A stretch of 64,000 bases of DNA. It comes from Dehalococcoidia bacterium. Lineage in GTDB: Bacteria; Chloroflexota; Dehalococcoidia; Lucifugimonadales; VXLM01. How positions within the stretch are numbered: position 1 is the first letter of the stretch; each line of letters opens with the position of its first letter. The position numbers and the translations under genes are program-made. The notes below the pieces were generated by a model. It was given only the letters and a program-made list of their open reading frames with translations, did no database searches and was not told where the DNA came from. Below, one piece after another: positions 49,272-58,770 of this stretch. The stretch covers positions 2,326,507-2,390,506 of the forward strand of contig OY759598.1 of the NCBI GenBank assembly GCA_963662435.1, in the 5' to 3' direction.

Positions 49272-51365
49272 CTACTCCAGCTTGAGGGCGCGGATGCGGT
49301 GGCCGTACTGCTCGGAGATGAGGAGGATGTCTTCGCCGTAGAAGGTGAGGCCGAATGGAGTGTTGAGTCCCGTCTCGGCGTAGGGGCCTTCCGAACCGGC
49401 GACAGTTTCGATGACGCCACCGGCAGCCACGCGCCGGACGAGGTGGTTGGCTGAGTCAGTAAAGTAGACCGTCCCGTCGGAGGAGACCGCAACGCCCTGC
49501 GGGATGTCCAGCTTGGCCTCGGTGGCCGGTGTGTCGTCGGGCGAGAAGCCCTGCTCGCCGGAACCTACTATCGTGGTAATTATGCCGTGGGTGTCCACCC
49601 GGCGGATGACGTGGCAGTTGTGATCGACGAAGTACATGTTGCCCGTCGAGTCAAAGGTGACCGAGGATACGCCGTTGACCTGGGCCTCCCTGGCGGGCCC
49701 TCCATCGCCGGAGTATCCGGGGATCCCGGTGCCCACGACGGTGTCGATGATGCCTGTCTGCGTGTCGATCCTTCGGATGCGGCCTGCGCCGGTGTCGGCG
49801 ACGTAGAGGTTGTCGTCGGCATCGTGGGCGACGGAAGAGACATGGACGAGGTTGGCGTTTAGGGCCGGGCCACCGTCGCCCTTGTCCCACTGGAAGGCCG
49901 CGCCTGCAACGTTGTGGATTATGCCATCTGAGTCGACCCTGCGCACGTGTCCGTGCCGGGTGTCTGCGATGACGACGGTACCTTGCGAATCGACCGAAAC
50001 GTCGTTCGGGTTGCCGAGGTAGGCCTCGGTGGCGGGACCGCCGTCCCCGCCGTAGGCGCGCGCCCCGTTTCCGGCGAAGGTGCGGATGATGCCCGTCGAG
50101 GGATCGATGGCGCGTATCCGCTGGCTCCAGATGTCGGCGATGTAGATTTGACCGTCGGGTCCGACGGACATGCCGTCAGGGCCGCCAAGGTAGGCGTTGG
50201 TGGCAACCTCGCCGTCGTGGTTGGTGATGCCGCCGAGGAGGGTCGTGACGATGCCTGTCTCGCCGTCGATTCGTCGCGTGCGACCGCCGCAGTCGGAGTA
50301 GAAGACGGTGCCGTCGGGGTCGGCATAGACGCCGACCTCGACGGAGTTGACCTCGGTCTCGGTGGCCTTTACGCCCTCTCCGCCCATGCCGGGAACACCG
50401 GTTCCGGCGATGGTGGTGACTATACCGGTCTCGGCATCGACCCTACGGACGCGGAAGCCGTACTTCTCACCGACGTACAGGTTGCCATGAACGTCGACGC
50501 AGATGGCGTCGGGCATGAGCGTTGACGCCTCGGTGGCGGGGCCGCCGTCGCCGTTCGATGCGCGCTGGCCGTTGCCGAGCACGGTCGTGACGATGCCGGT
50601 CTTCTTGTCGATCCTGCGGACGCGGTCGTTGGAGTTGTCGCAGACGAAGAGGTCGCCCTCGGGGCCGAAGGCGAGGTGTTCGGGATGGTAGAAGCCCGCG
50701 GCCTCCTTCGGTCCGCCGTCGCCGCTGTACCCACCAAGGCTGAGGCCGGGTCCGAAATAGGGCCTGCTGTCGCCAACCTCTGAGGGGTGATGTCGGGCCT
50801 CCTGTCCGGCGAATAGCTCGATAATGCCGGTCTCGGCGTCGACGCGGCTGATGTTGTTCGTCCACTCGCTAGAGACGTAGATATCGCCATTCTCAGCGAC
50901 AGCTACGCCGCAGTGGGTATCCATCTCGGCCTCGGTTGCGGGGCCGCCGTGTCCGCCGCGTCCCTTCTTGCCGGACCCGACGACCGTCTCCACGATTCCG
51001 GTCTCGGCGTCGATGCGGCGGTATACGAAGTTCTGGATGTCGTTGATGACGATGTTGCCGTGAACGTCCTGGGCGATGTCGTGCGGGGCGTAGAACTCCG
51101 CTTCGAGGGCGGGACCTCCGTCGCCGGAATAGCCGGGGACGCCGGTGCCGGCGAAGCGATGCAGGATGCCGTCGTGGTCGATGCGCCAGACGACGTGCAT
51201 GTGGTAGTCGTTGATGATGAGCTCACCGGTCTTGTTCCAGCGCAAAATGCCCATGGGCCAGCCTGCGTCCGCCTCATTGGCGGGGATGCCCTCACGGAGA
51301 CCGACGCCTGCGATGGTGATCATGTCGCCGGGTTGAAGTTCGTTGAATAGCTTAGGTAGATTCAT
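49272..51365 (-). CDS. NHL-repeat protein (12 repeats, probably two beta-propellers), paralogue 1
   Basis: Twelve teneurin-like NHL repeats; AAAGGA RBS; no signal peptide or TM segment. Confidence 0.88.
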   Translation of the reverse strand: MNLPKLFNELQPGDMITIAGVGLREGIPANEADAGWPMGILRWNKTGELIINDYHMHVVWRIDHDGILHRFAGTGVPGYSGDGGPALEAEFYAPHDIAQDVHGNIVINDIQNFVYRRIDAETGIVETVVGSGKKGRGGHGGPATEAEMDTHCGVAVAENGDIYVSSEWTNNISRVDAETGIIELFAGQEARHHPSEVGDSRPYFGPGLSLGGYSGDGGPKEAAGFYHPEHLAFGPEGDLFVCDNSNDRVRRIDKKTGIVTTVLGNGQRASNGDGGPATEASTLMPDAICVDVHGNLYVGEKYGFRVRRVDAETGIVTTIAGTGVPGMGGEGVKATETEVNSVEVGVYADPDGTVFYSDCGGRTRRIDGETGIVTTLLGGITNHDGEVATNAYLGGPDGMSVGPDGQIYIADIWSQRIRAIDPSTGIIRTFAGNGARAYGGDGGPATEAYLGNPNDVSVDSQGTVVIADTRHGHVRRVDSDGIIHNVAGAAFQWDKGDGGPALNANLVHVSSVAHDADDNLYVADTGAGRIRRIDTQTGIIDTVVGTGIPGYSGDGGPAREAQVNGVSSVTFDSTGNMYFVDHNCHVIRRVDTHGIITTIVGSGEQGFSPDDTPATEAKLDIPQGVAVSSDGTVYFTDSANHLVRRVAAGGVIETVAGSEGPYAETGLNTPFGLTFYGEDILLISEQYGHRIRALKLE

Positions 51366-51380
51366 GTGGTTTTCCTTTGT

Positions 51381-51416
51381 CCCCCTTCCTGAGTCCTTCC
51401 CCCAGTGAGGGAAGGA
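51381..51416. repeat. dispersed hairpin repeat, copy A
   Basis: CCCCCTTCCTGAGTCCTTCCCCCAGTGAGGGAAGGA; similar to 52612-52645. Confidence 0.55.
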
Positions 51417-51471
51417 TGGGGAGTCTATATCCCGCCGCCTGCGGTGGGGGTTGATAGATTCATCCTTAGGG

Positions 51472-52449
51472 TCACATGGTCATTACCGCTTTGACTATCT
51501 CGTCGGAGCGGTTCTCGTACATGTCGTAGGCGGACTGCACGTCGTCGAACGGGAGGTGGTGGGTTATCAGGTCCGCGGGGTCCCACCATCCTCGTTGACG
51601 CAGGCCGACCATGGTCTCGATGTGCCTGGTTACGCTGCCGCTGGCCGACCCGGCGGTGGACAAGAGCTTGACGTTGCGATAGAGGAGGTTACGGGCTTCA
51701 ATCGGGATGGTCGGGTTGGGGTCTCCGGTGTTCTGGTGTCCGCCGAACATGATGATTGTGCCCTCTGACCGCACGAGCCGGCAGGCGGCGGCCAGGGTGT
51801 CGGTGTACCCGGCGGCCTCTACGGAGATGTCGGCGAGGTTGCCGCCCGTGATCTCTTCTACTGCCTCGTCGAGTATTTCCTTTGACGGGTTGATCGTGTG
51901 GGTCGCTCCGAGCCTCTTGGAGTGCTCGAGGCGGTAGTCGAAAAGGTCGGCGGCGATGATGCGGCGAGCTCCGGCCCTGGCCGCCATCGCCGTAAAGGAC
52001 AGGCCGATAGCGCCCTGCCCCATTATCAGGATGGTACTGCCGAGGAGGGTCTCGGCACGTTGGAGGGCGAATAAGACGGTGCCGGAAGGCTGGCACATGA
52101 GCCACTCGCCGAGATCGCCTTCGTCCGGCACGGCGATGATGCGTTCGGGGCGTGACTCGTAATACTCGACCAGGCCCTGGTGGGTATCGGGAATGATGAT
52201 GACCCGCTGTCCCTCGCGCCATTGGTCGGAGCGGCTCTCTACGATGGTGCCAGCAAGCTCGTGGCAGGGGGTTCCGACATCGACGGGGTAGTGCTCTTCG
52301 GGAAAGACGGTGCCGTATTCGTAGCGAATGTCGCTACCGCATACGGACCATCGTTCCAGATTGACGAGGCAGTTGCCGTCCTTAACTTCGGGGACATCTG
52401 CGTCAACGATTTCGAAATTCTTCGGTCCGACCAAATGCGCGGCCTTCAT
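51472..52449 (-). CDS. Zn-binding (MDR) dehydrogenase, threonine/sorbitol-dehydrogenase-like
   Basis: VCGSD, CHE, GQGAIG, EAAG and LITH motifs; lacks the four-Cys structural Zn lobe. Confidence 0.85.
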   Translation of the reverse strand: MKAAHLVGPKNFEIVDADVPEVKDGNCLVNLERWSVCGSDIRYEYGTVFPEEHYPVDVGTPCHELAGTIVESRSDQWREGQRVIIIPDTHQGLVEYYESRPERIIAVPDEGDLGEWLMCQPSGTVLFALQRAETLLGSTILIMGQGAIGLSFTAMAARAGARRIIAADLFDYRLEHSKRLGATHTINPSKEILDEAVEEITGGNLADISVEAAGYTDTLAAACRLVRSEGTIIMFGGHQNTGDPNPTIPIEARNLLYRNVKLLSTAGSASGSVTRHIETMVGLRQRGWWDPADLITHHLPFDDVQSAYDMYENRSDEIVKAVMTM

Positions 52450-52611
52450 TTAGGCGTCTCCGTTCCGGCTGAAAAAGTACGCGAGAGTTATACCTGACTG
52501 GACGGGTTTCGTAAAGCGGGAGGGGGAATGATTCACCACAAAGAGCACCGAGACCGCAGAGTTTGCGGAAGGATCCGGGTGCCAGGTATTGGGTGCTGGC
52601 GTCGGGCGATG

Positions 52612-52645
52612 CCCACTTTCTGAGTCTCTCCCCCCGAGGGAAAAG
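52612..52645. repeat. dispersed hairpin repeat, copy B
   Basis: CCCACTTTCTGAGTCTCTCCCCCCGAGGGAAAAG. Confidence 0.5.
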
Positions 52646-52752
52646 TCGAGCCTTTCCGTTAAGGTTGGACATGGAGAGGATTCCTGAATTGACAGTCGGA
52701 ATTAGCGGCTGGTAGGCTGGCCGGCACCGCAACGACCGGGGAGGCGACCGCC

Positions 52753-53940
52753 ATGAGGATCACGGACGTGAGGGTCGTCTCGAAGGGTCTGGGCAGCAGT
52801 GCGCCGGTACTCGTCCAAGTCGATACGGACGAGGGCATCGCGGGGGTCGGCGCCACTTCAGCCACCGCCTCAGTCATCTCTGCACTCATCGAGGACAAGG
52901 CCGACGGGCTTCGCAATCTCCTCATTGGTACTGATCCCACAGACCCGAATATGGCGTGGCGACTCATGTTTTCCAGCGGCCAGCGAGGCCGCAGTGGCGA
53001 GGGCGGCGTGGCAGTCAACGCGATGGCGGCCATCGACATGGCACTGTGGGACATTGCGGGCAAGGCGGCCGGACTGCCCATCTACAAGCTGCGTGGCGGG
53101 GCCGTACAGGACAGGATCATGGTCTACGCGAGCGCGACGGCTTTCGACAGGGGTCTCATGAAGCGCACGGGCGAATGGCGGCATAAGCCCACGGATGACC
53201 TAGTTGCAGAGGCGCTGGAGAACAAGTCGCTGGGGTTCAAGGCGATGAAGTTCGGCTGGGGCAACTACTTCAGCGAGAGGGACTACGAGGACATCGGAGC
53301 CGTCCGGGATGCCATCGGCCCGGATATGAAGCTGATGCTTGATTTGGGCCCATCCGCCTACCTCGACGGGACGTGGACGGTGAAGGATGCGGTGCAGGTG
53401 GCGGAGAGACTGGCTGAGTACGACATCTACTTTCTGGAAGAGGCGCTTCATCCCTACGACGTGGACGGATTCGAGGAGCTCACGCGGCAGGCCCCCATAG
53501 GGATCGCGACGGGCGAAAGCCTGACAACGGTGCGGGACTTCCAGGCGTTCATCGAGCGTCGCGCTCTCGACATCGTCCAGCCTGATGCCCAGCAGATGGG
53601 GTTGACCCAGTTCGCCCGCGTCGCCGAGCGGGCGGAAGAGGCGGGCGTTCTGTGCATACCTCACGGTCCGTGGTCGGCGTTGCTGGTCGCGGCGCATCTA
53701 CAGGTACTCTGCACGCTGACCAACTGTCCCATGATCGAGTACCCGGCCCCTGCGGTGGTCCGTGGTTCGGACTTGGAGGTGCTCGTGGAAGCGATGCACG
53801 AGAAGATCATCGAGGCTCCCATGGTTGTAGTGGACGGCTATCTGGAACTGCCTGAGGGGTCTGGACTAGGGCTGGGCAACTTCGTGCCTGAGGCGATTGC
53901 CGAGCTGGAAGCGCAATGTGGCGGCGAGGTGGAACGATGA
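52753..53940 (+). CDS. mandelate racemase/muconate lactonizing enzyme family protein (acid-sugar-dehydratase-like)
   Basis: AAIDMALWDIAGK, KAMK, LEE, TGE, QPD and IPH motifs. Confidence 0.9.
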   Translation: MRITDVRVVSKGLGSSAPVLVQVDTDEGIAGVGATSATASVISALIEDKADGLRNLLIGTDPTDPNMAWRLMFSSGQRGRSGEGGVAVNAMAAIDMALWDIAGKAAGLPIYKLRGGAVQDRIMVYASATAFDRGLMKRTGEWRHKPTDDLVAEALENKSLGFKAMKFGWGNYFSERDYEDIGAVRDAIGPDMKLMLDLGPSAYLDGTWTVKDAVQVAERLAEYDIYFLEEALHPYDVDGFEELTRQAPIGIATGESLTTVRDFQAFIERRALDIVQPDAQQMGLTQFARVAERAEEAGVLCIPHGPWSALLVAAHLQVLCTLTNCPMIEYPAPAVVRGSDLEVLVEAMHEKIIEAPMVVVDGYLELPEGSGLGLGNFVPEAIAELEAQCGGEVER

Positions 53941-54920
53941 CCGAGAGAATCCGCAAGGTGGTGGTTACCTGGACGGCGTACCGAGACCGAATACTGGAGC
54001 GGGCCGCGGGCGAGGGGCACGGAGATCTCGAATTCCTCATCGCGGCCGATAAGGATGCAATCCTGTCCGGTCTGGAGGACGCCGATGCGGCGTTCATCGC
54101 GCCGTGGGACGCGGACATGCTCAGGTCCGGACGGAAGCTTCGCTGGATACACGCGATCGGCGGAGGCGTGAGGCCATACCTGTTCCCGGAGATGGTAGAG
54201 AGCGACATCCCGTTCACATGCGGCAAACCGGCGTTTGCCATTCCCGGAGCGGAGTTCGCGCTTGGGGCAATGCTGATGTTTTCCCGTCGCAACCACGTGA
54301 CGGTGGGCGCGTCGAAACTGACACAGCGCAGTCCCTCGCAGGAGGTGGCGCTGAGACCAGTCGATCTGGCGGGCAAGACCCTGGGCGTGCTGGGAATGGG
54401 CGGAATCGGCCAAGCACTGGCACCGAGGGCAGCCGCCTTGGGAATGCGGGTGCTGGGGACGTCCCGCCGGTCGCGGAAAGCGCCGGAAGGGGTCGACCAG
54501 ATGTATGGCATGGGCGAGGCGGACGACATGGTGGCTGAGTCGGACTTCGTGGCCGTCGCGGTGCCGGACACGCCGGAGACTCAGGGCATCGTATCGGAGG
54601 GACTGATCGTCAGGATGAAACGTGGGGCCGTCATAGTAGACTGCTCGGGACGTCCAGGGCTATACGACTACGAAGCGTTGGAGCGGGCACTCAAGGCGAG
54701 GACGTTGGGAGGGATCTGCCTCCAGCCCTCAGGGGATGCGCCGGGGATGCCGCCGGACGACGCAGAGTTTTGGAAGCGCGTCAACGTAGTGGTCACCACG
54801 TGTCGGGGCACGTCTTCCGAGCAAGTGGATTCTTGTATAGGCCTGTTCTTCGAAAATCTGCGGAGGCTCGAGACGGGTCAGACCCTGTTGGGAGTGGTGG
54901 ACAAAAGGGCGGGGTACTGA
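53937..54920 (+). CDS. D-2-hydroxyacid dehydrogenase family protein with atypical active site
   Basis: GMGGIG Rossmann motif, P.TPET and C-terminal VDKRAGY; ATGA overlap with the upstream gene. Confidence 0.8.
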   Translation: MTERIRKVVVTWTAYRDRILERAAGEGHGDLEFLIAADKDAILSGLEDADAAFIAPWDADMLRSGRKLRWIHAIGGGVRPYLFPEMVESDIPFTCGKPAFAIPGAEFALGAMLMFSRRNHVTVGASKLTQRSPSQEVALRPVDLAGKTLGVLGMGGIGQALAPRAAALGMRVLGTSRRSRKAPEGVDQMYGMGEADDMVAESDFVAVAVPDTPETQGIVSEGLIVRMKRGAVIVDCSGRPGLYDYEALERALKARTLGGICLQPSGDAPGMPPDDAEFWKRVNVVVTTCRGTSSEQVDSCIGLFFENLRRLETGQTLLGVVDKRAGY

Positions 54921-54968
54921 GGGTATACTAAGGGCGACAACATTGAGACTACTGTGCAGGAGGTTGAA

Positions 54969-55334
54969 ATGAAGGTTATCAAGGCTGTAGATCGGGGCGA
55001 AGTAGACAACACGCACCGGGACATCTTCGAAGGCGGACAGGTGGTGATGAACCCGTTGGTGGACGAGAATGATTCGGAGAGCTACCGGTTCAACGTGGTG
55101 AATTTCAAGGGTGGCGCACGGACCAAGTTCCACACTCATACATGCGACCAGATCCTCTACGCGACGAACGGCAAGGGATTCGTTGGCACGCGTGATGAGG
55201 AGGTTGCAATAACCGAGGGTGACACGGCGCTGATCCCGGCGGGAGAGGTGCACCGTCACGGCGCGAACCACGGTGAGGACTTTTCGCATATCTCCCTTCA
55301 GACGGCCCACTGCACCACCGAGGTCCTCGAGTAG
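54969..55334 (+). CDS. cupin domain protein
   Basis: HTH..DQ and IPAGEVHRHGA motifs; AGGAGG RBS before ATG 54969. Confidence 0.88.
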   Translation: MKVIKAVDRGEVDNTHRDIFEGGQVVMNPLVDENDSESYRFNVVNFKGGARTKFHTHTCDQILYATNGKGFVGTRDEEVAITEGDTALIPAGEVHRHGANHGEDFSHISLQTAHCTTEVLE

Positions 55335-55347
55335 AAAGTAGACACCA

Positions 55348-56067
55348 TTGCCTAGAGATTTGCCGGAAGCGTTGTTGGAGCGGTACCGGGGTGTGAGTGT
55401 GCCCACGGTTTGGAGCGCGCTCGACGAGCTTCACGGGTATCATCAGTCGTTCATGCAGGGCGTGAGCGCTCAGACTCCGGGGGAGATGCTGGTCGCGCGG
55501 GCGAGGACTCTAAGGTTCATACCTCCACGTCCTGATATCTTCGACGAGACTCCGGTCGGCGAGGACGCCCCGGAGGCCAGGGCCATGGCCCGGTGCGGTC
55601 CCGGAGACGTTCTGGTATGCGACGTGGCAGGCTCACGTTACTCGTCGAGCGGCGGCGAGATGAAGCTGCTTCAGCTAAGCATGAACCGCGCGGAGGGAAT
55701 CGTGACTGACGGGGCGATCCGTGACCTCACGGGCGTCAGGAAGCTGGGGTTCAAGATATTCGCCGCAGGTGGGACGGTGGCGGCGGGCAAGGCGCCATTC
55801 ATGTTCTCATTCGAGGAGAACACGGTGGTCCAGTGCGGCGGGATAGCGGTGCGTCCGGGCGACCTGATCGTCGGCAACGACGACGGCGTGGTGTGTGTTC
55901 CGAGCCAGTGGGCCGAGGAGGTCATCGACTGGGTAGAGGAGCACGACTACTATGAGGACGTTATCCGCGAGATGGTGTTGAGAGACAACGTTCGCCCGAC
56001 GACGTACTACAATGCCGCGATGTTCGAGAAGCTGCGGGCTGAGCGGGAGGAAAAGAGCAGCGAATAG
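55348..56067 (+). CDS. RraA family / HMG-aldolase-like protein
   Basis: SALD, ARTLRF, GDVLV, VTDGAIRD and PGDLIVGNDDGVV motifs. Confidence 0.88.
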   Translation: MPRDLPEALLERYRGVSVPTVWSALDELHGYHQSFMQGVSAQTPGEMLVARARTLRFIPPRPDIFDETPVGEDAPEARAMARCGPGDVLVCDVAGSRYSSSGGEMKLLQLSMNRAEGIVTDGAIRDLTGVRKLGFKIFAAGGTVAAGKAPFMFSFEENTVVQCGGIAVRPGDLIVGNDDGVVCVPSQWAEEVIDWVEEHDYYEDVIREMVLRDNVRPTTYYNAAMFEKLRAEREEKSSE

Positions 56068-56233
56068 TGCGTATCGTGCGTGCGCTCTAGCGACACCCGG
56101 CCATTCCTCCATATCACACCGGTTCTAGGAACCTGTTACGGGAACGCGTGACACTCCTTCGCCGGTATGACGGCAAAGTTAAGGCCACATTCGCAACAGA
56201 AGCGACGAAGACGAACTCTTCGAAATGATGAGT

Positions 56234-56274
56234 AAGCAGTCCGACCTGTCATCAAGAGGCAGGTCGGACTGCTT
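56234..56274. terminator. probable bidirectional terminator between convergent operons
   Basis: 15-bp perfect stem AAGCAGTCCGACCTG / CAGGTCGGACTGCTT. Confidence 0.75.
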
Positions 56275-56316
56275 TGTTCCGGCGGTGTGAGTTTGCCGAA
56301 AGTCGCCTAGGGAAGA

Positions 56317-56709
56317 CTAGGTGATGTCGACTGTGGCGCCGGCCTCTTCGAGGGCGGTCTTTGCCTCGTCGGCCTCGTCCTTGCTCACGCCCTCCTTGAT
56401 GTTGGAGGGAGCGCCCTCGACGACTTCCTTGGCCTCCTTGAGGCCGAGGGAGGTGACGCTGCGGACGGCCTTGATGACGTTAATCTTCTGGCTGCCGAAG
56501 TCCTTGAGGACGACGGTGAACTCCGTCTTCTCCTCTTCCTCGGCGGCAGGAGCGGCGCCATTGCCGTCACCGGCGACGGGCATGGCGGCCATGGCCATGG
56601 GGGCCGCGGCGCTCACGCCGAACGTGTCCTCGAGCTCCTTGACCAGCTCGGCGAGCTCAACGACGTTCATTCCCTTGATTGCTTCCAGTACTTCTTCTTT
56701 CGTTGCCAT
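56317..56709 (-). CDS. rplL: 50S ribosomal protein L7/L12
   Basis: [20 protein letters not shown] and LGLKEAK motifs. Confidence 0.97.
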   Translation of the reverse strand: MATKEEVLEAIKGMNVVELAELVKELEDTFGVSAAAPMAMAAMPVAGDGNGAAPAAEEEEKTEFTVVLKDFGSQKINVIKAVRSVTSLGLKEAKEVVEGAPSNIKEGVSKDEADEAKTALEEAGATVDIT

Positions 56710-56785
56710 CGGTTCTCTCCTTTTTGTTTGCCTTGGTTGTGTTGTGATTAGTTTTCTATTTGGGTCTGCGGATCGGGCGCGTTGG

Positions 56786-57349
56786 CTACTCCGAGCCGCC
56801 TTCCTTCTGCTCGGCGATGGCCTTCAGGGCCGTGACAAGTCCGACCTGTTGGGAGTTGAGGACGTATGCCAGGTTTCGCAGGGGCGCCTGCAGGGTTCCC
56901 ACGAGGCCGGCGATCGGCGATTGGAGCTGACCAAGTACCTGGGCCACAAGTACTTCCTTGGGTGGGAGATTTGCGAGGTCGTCCACCTGCTGGGGCGACA
57001 GTGCCCTGCCGCTCAGGTATCCGCCGTTGATGGTCATGGTGATCCTGGAGGACGTCAGGTGCTCGGTGAGTACCTTGGCGGCTGCGGCGGGATCATCAAA
57101 TCCGAAGGCGATGCCGGTGGGTCCGGTGACGATCTCCTTGACCGAGGGTGCGCCTGCTTCGTCCGCGGCGATGTGTGCGAGGGTATTCTTGACGACGCGC
57201 AGACGCACGCCCCCTTCTCGCAGGACACGCCGGAGTTCGGTCATGTCGTCCACGGACAAGCCGTTGTTGTTCGTCGCGATGGCGACGGTTGACGTCTCGA
57301 TCAACTCGCGGATCTGACGTACCTGTTCTTCCTTCTCAGGGGTAGGCAC
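56786..57349 (-). CDS. rplJ: 50S ribosomal protein L10
   Basis: GTG start (MPTPEKEE) after AAGGTG; VVKNTL, GPTGIAF and LANLP motifs. Confidence 0.95.
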   Translation of the reverse strand: MPTPEKEEQVRQIRELIETSTVAIATNNNGLSVDDMTELRRVLREGGVRLRVVKNTLAHIAADEAGAPSVKEIVTGPTGIAFGFDDPAAAAKVLTEHLTSSRITMTINGGYLSGRALSPQQVDDLANLPPKEVLVAQVLGQLQSPIAGLVGTLQAPLRNLAYVLNSQQVGLVTALKAIAEQKEGGSE

Positions 57350-57391
57350 TGCATTCACCTTCCATTCTGTTTGTGCTGTTTTCGGGGGTAG

Positions 57392-57540
57392 TAGAAAGAA
57401 AAATCCCCGAGCCGCAGACTCGGGGCAACAGGCACCGGAACATACCACTGCTCGGTGGCATCGGTCCCGATCGCCAGCAACCTCGGCGGGCCTCGTTGAG
57501 TTTACTCCGCCCTGGGGCAGAACCCGCTGTCTACGGCAAC
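57392..57540 (-). ncRNA. L10 leader (autogenous regulation) with attenuator-like terminator
   Basis: Minus strand GCCGTAGACAGCGGG...CCCGCCGAGG core, then a CCCCGAG..CTCGGGG hairpin with a U-rich tail upstream of rplJ. Confidence 0.8.
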
Positions 57541-57547
57541 AGCTATT

Positions 57548-58261
57548 CTATTGTACGGTCGTAGTCGTCAGGGCCGCAACGTCCAGCGGGATGCTCGGCC
57601 CCATGGTGCTCGTGAGGTATGCGGCGATGATGAACTGGCCCTTGACGCCGCTCGGGCGCGCACGGACCACGTTATCGATCATCGTCAGCAGATTGTCGAG
57701 AATCTGGTTCTCTTCAAAGCTAGCCTTGCCGATTGCGAGGTGCATGAGCCCGGTGCGGTCGAGGCGGTACTCAACGCGGCCCTTCTTGGACTCTTCGATA
57801 ACGCGAGAGAGGTCGTCGGCCTGGACGACGGTGCCGGTCCTGGGATTCGGCATGAGTCCACGGCGACCGAGGTAGCGTCCGAGACGTCCGATCTTGCCCA
57901 TCATGTCGGGTGTGGCGATGGCGACGTCGAAGTCGACCCATCCACCCTCGACGCGCTGGATGAGGTCGTCGTTGCCGACGAAGTCGGCGCCCGCCTGCTC
58001 GGCGATAGCGACGGCCTCACCGTCGGTGAAGACGGTCACGCGAAGGGGTTTGCCGACGCCGTGAGGGAGTACGGTCACTCCCCGGACGATCTGATCGGCG
58101 TGGCGGGGATCGGCGCCGGTGCGAATGTGCAGTTCGATGGTCTCATCGAACTTGGCTGTCGCGGTCTTCTTGACCAGTTCCGCCGCTTCGGCCGGCGAGT
58201 AGAGCCTTCCCGGCTCGACGAGTTCGCTTGCGGTTGTGTATCGCTTGGTTGCTGTTGTCAC
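57548..58261 (-). CDS. rplA: 50S ribosomal protein L1
   Basis: AKFDETIE, LGRRGLMPNP and STMGP motifs. Confidence 0.97.
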   Translation of the reverse strand: MTTATKRYTTASELVEPGRLYSPAEAAELVKKTATAKFDETIELHIRTGADPRHADQIVRGVTVLPHGVGKPLRVTVFTDGEAVAIAEQAGADFVGNDDLIQRVEGGWVDFDVAIATPDMMGKIGRLGRYLGRRGLMPNPRTGTVVQADDLSRVIEESKKGRVEYRLDRTGLMHLAIGKASFEENQILDNLLTMIDNVVRARPSGVKGQFIIAAYLTSTMGPSIPLDVAALTTTTVQ

Positions 58262-58294
58262 GATTGCTTACCTTTAGCTCGACGTATGTCGCTT

Positions 58295-58720
58295 TTATCG
58301 CTGAACCTGAATACCAATGCTGCGAGCGGTGCCTTCGATGATCTTCATGGCACCCTCGATGTCGGCAGCGTTGAGGTCCTGCATCTTTGTCTGGGCGATC
58401 TCTCGGACCTGGTCGGAGGTTACCGTCCCGACCTTTTCCGCCAGGGGGTTGCCGCTGCCCTTTTCAAGCCTGGCAGCCTGAAGTAGCAAGGAGGCAGCGG
58501 GCGGAGACTTCAAAACAAATGAGAACGACCTATCCTCGAACACCGTCAACTCGACGGGCACGATGGAGCCCATCTGCTGGGCGGTGCGGGCGTTGTACTC
58601 CTTGACGAACGCCATGATGTTCAGGCCGTGCTGACCCAGCGCCGGACCGACGGGCGGTGCGGGCGTGGCCTTGCCACCTTCGATTTGCAGCTTGATAACT
58701 GCCCTAACCTTCTTAGCCAA
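58295..58720 (-). CDS. rplK: 50S ribosomal protein L11
   Basis: [13 protein letters not shown] motif; TTG start after AGGAG. Confidence 0.97.
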   Translation of the reverse strand: MAKKVRAVIKLQIEGGKATPAPPVGPALGQHGLNIMAFVKEYNARTAQQMGSIVPVELTVFEDRSFSFVLKSPPAASLLLQAARLEKGSGNPLAEKVGTVTSDQVREIAQTKMQDLNAADIEGAMKIIEGTARSIGIQVQR

Positions 58721-58770
58721 CTCGTTCTCCTAGAATCACGTTGATTGGTATTGTCGGCGTATGGGGCTTT

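Noticed and set aside
49268..49492. Ser/Thr/Pro-rich N-terminal extension of the second NHL protein in the ORF track
   Set aside because: It overlaps the first NHL gene in another frame; similarity between the paralogues starts only after 49267
47132..51365. Single frameshifted giant NHL gene, or RHS/teneurin toxin
   Set aside because: Both ORFs have matching N-termini and matching C-termini, and the second has its own RBS and GTG, so they are paralogues; no YD/RHS core, toxin tip or export signal
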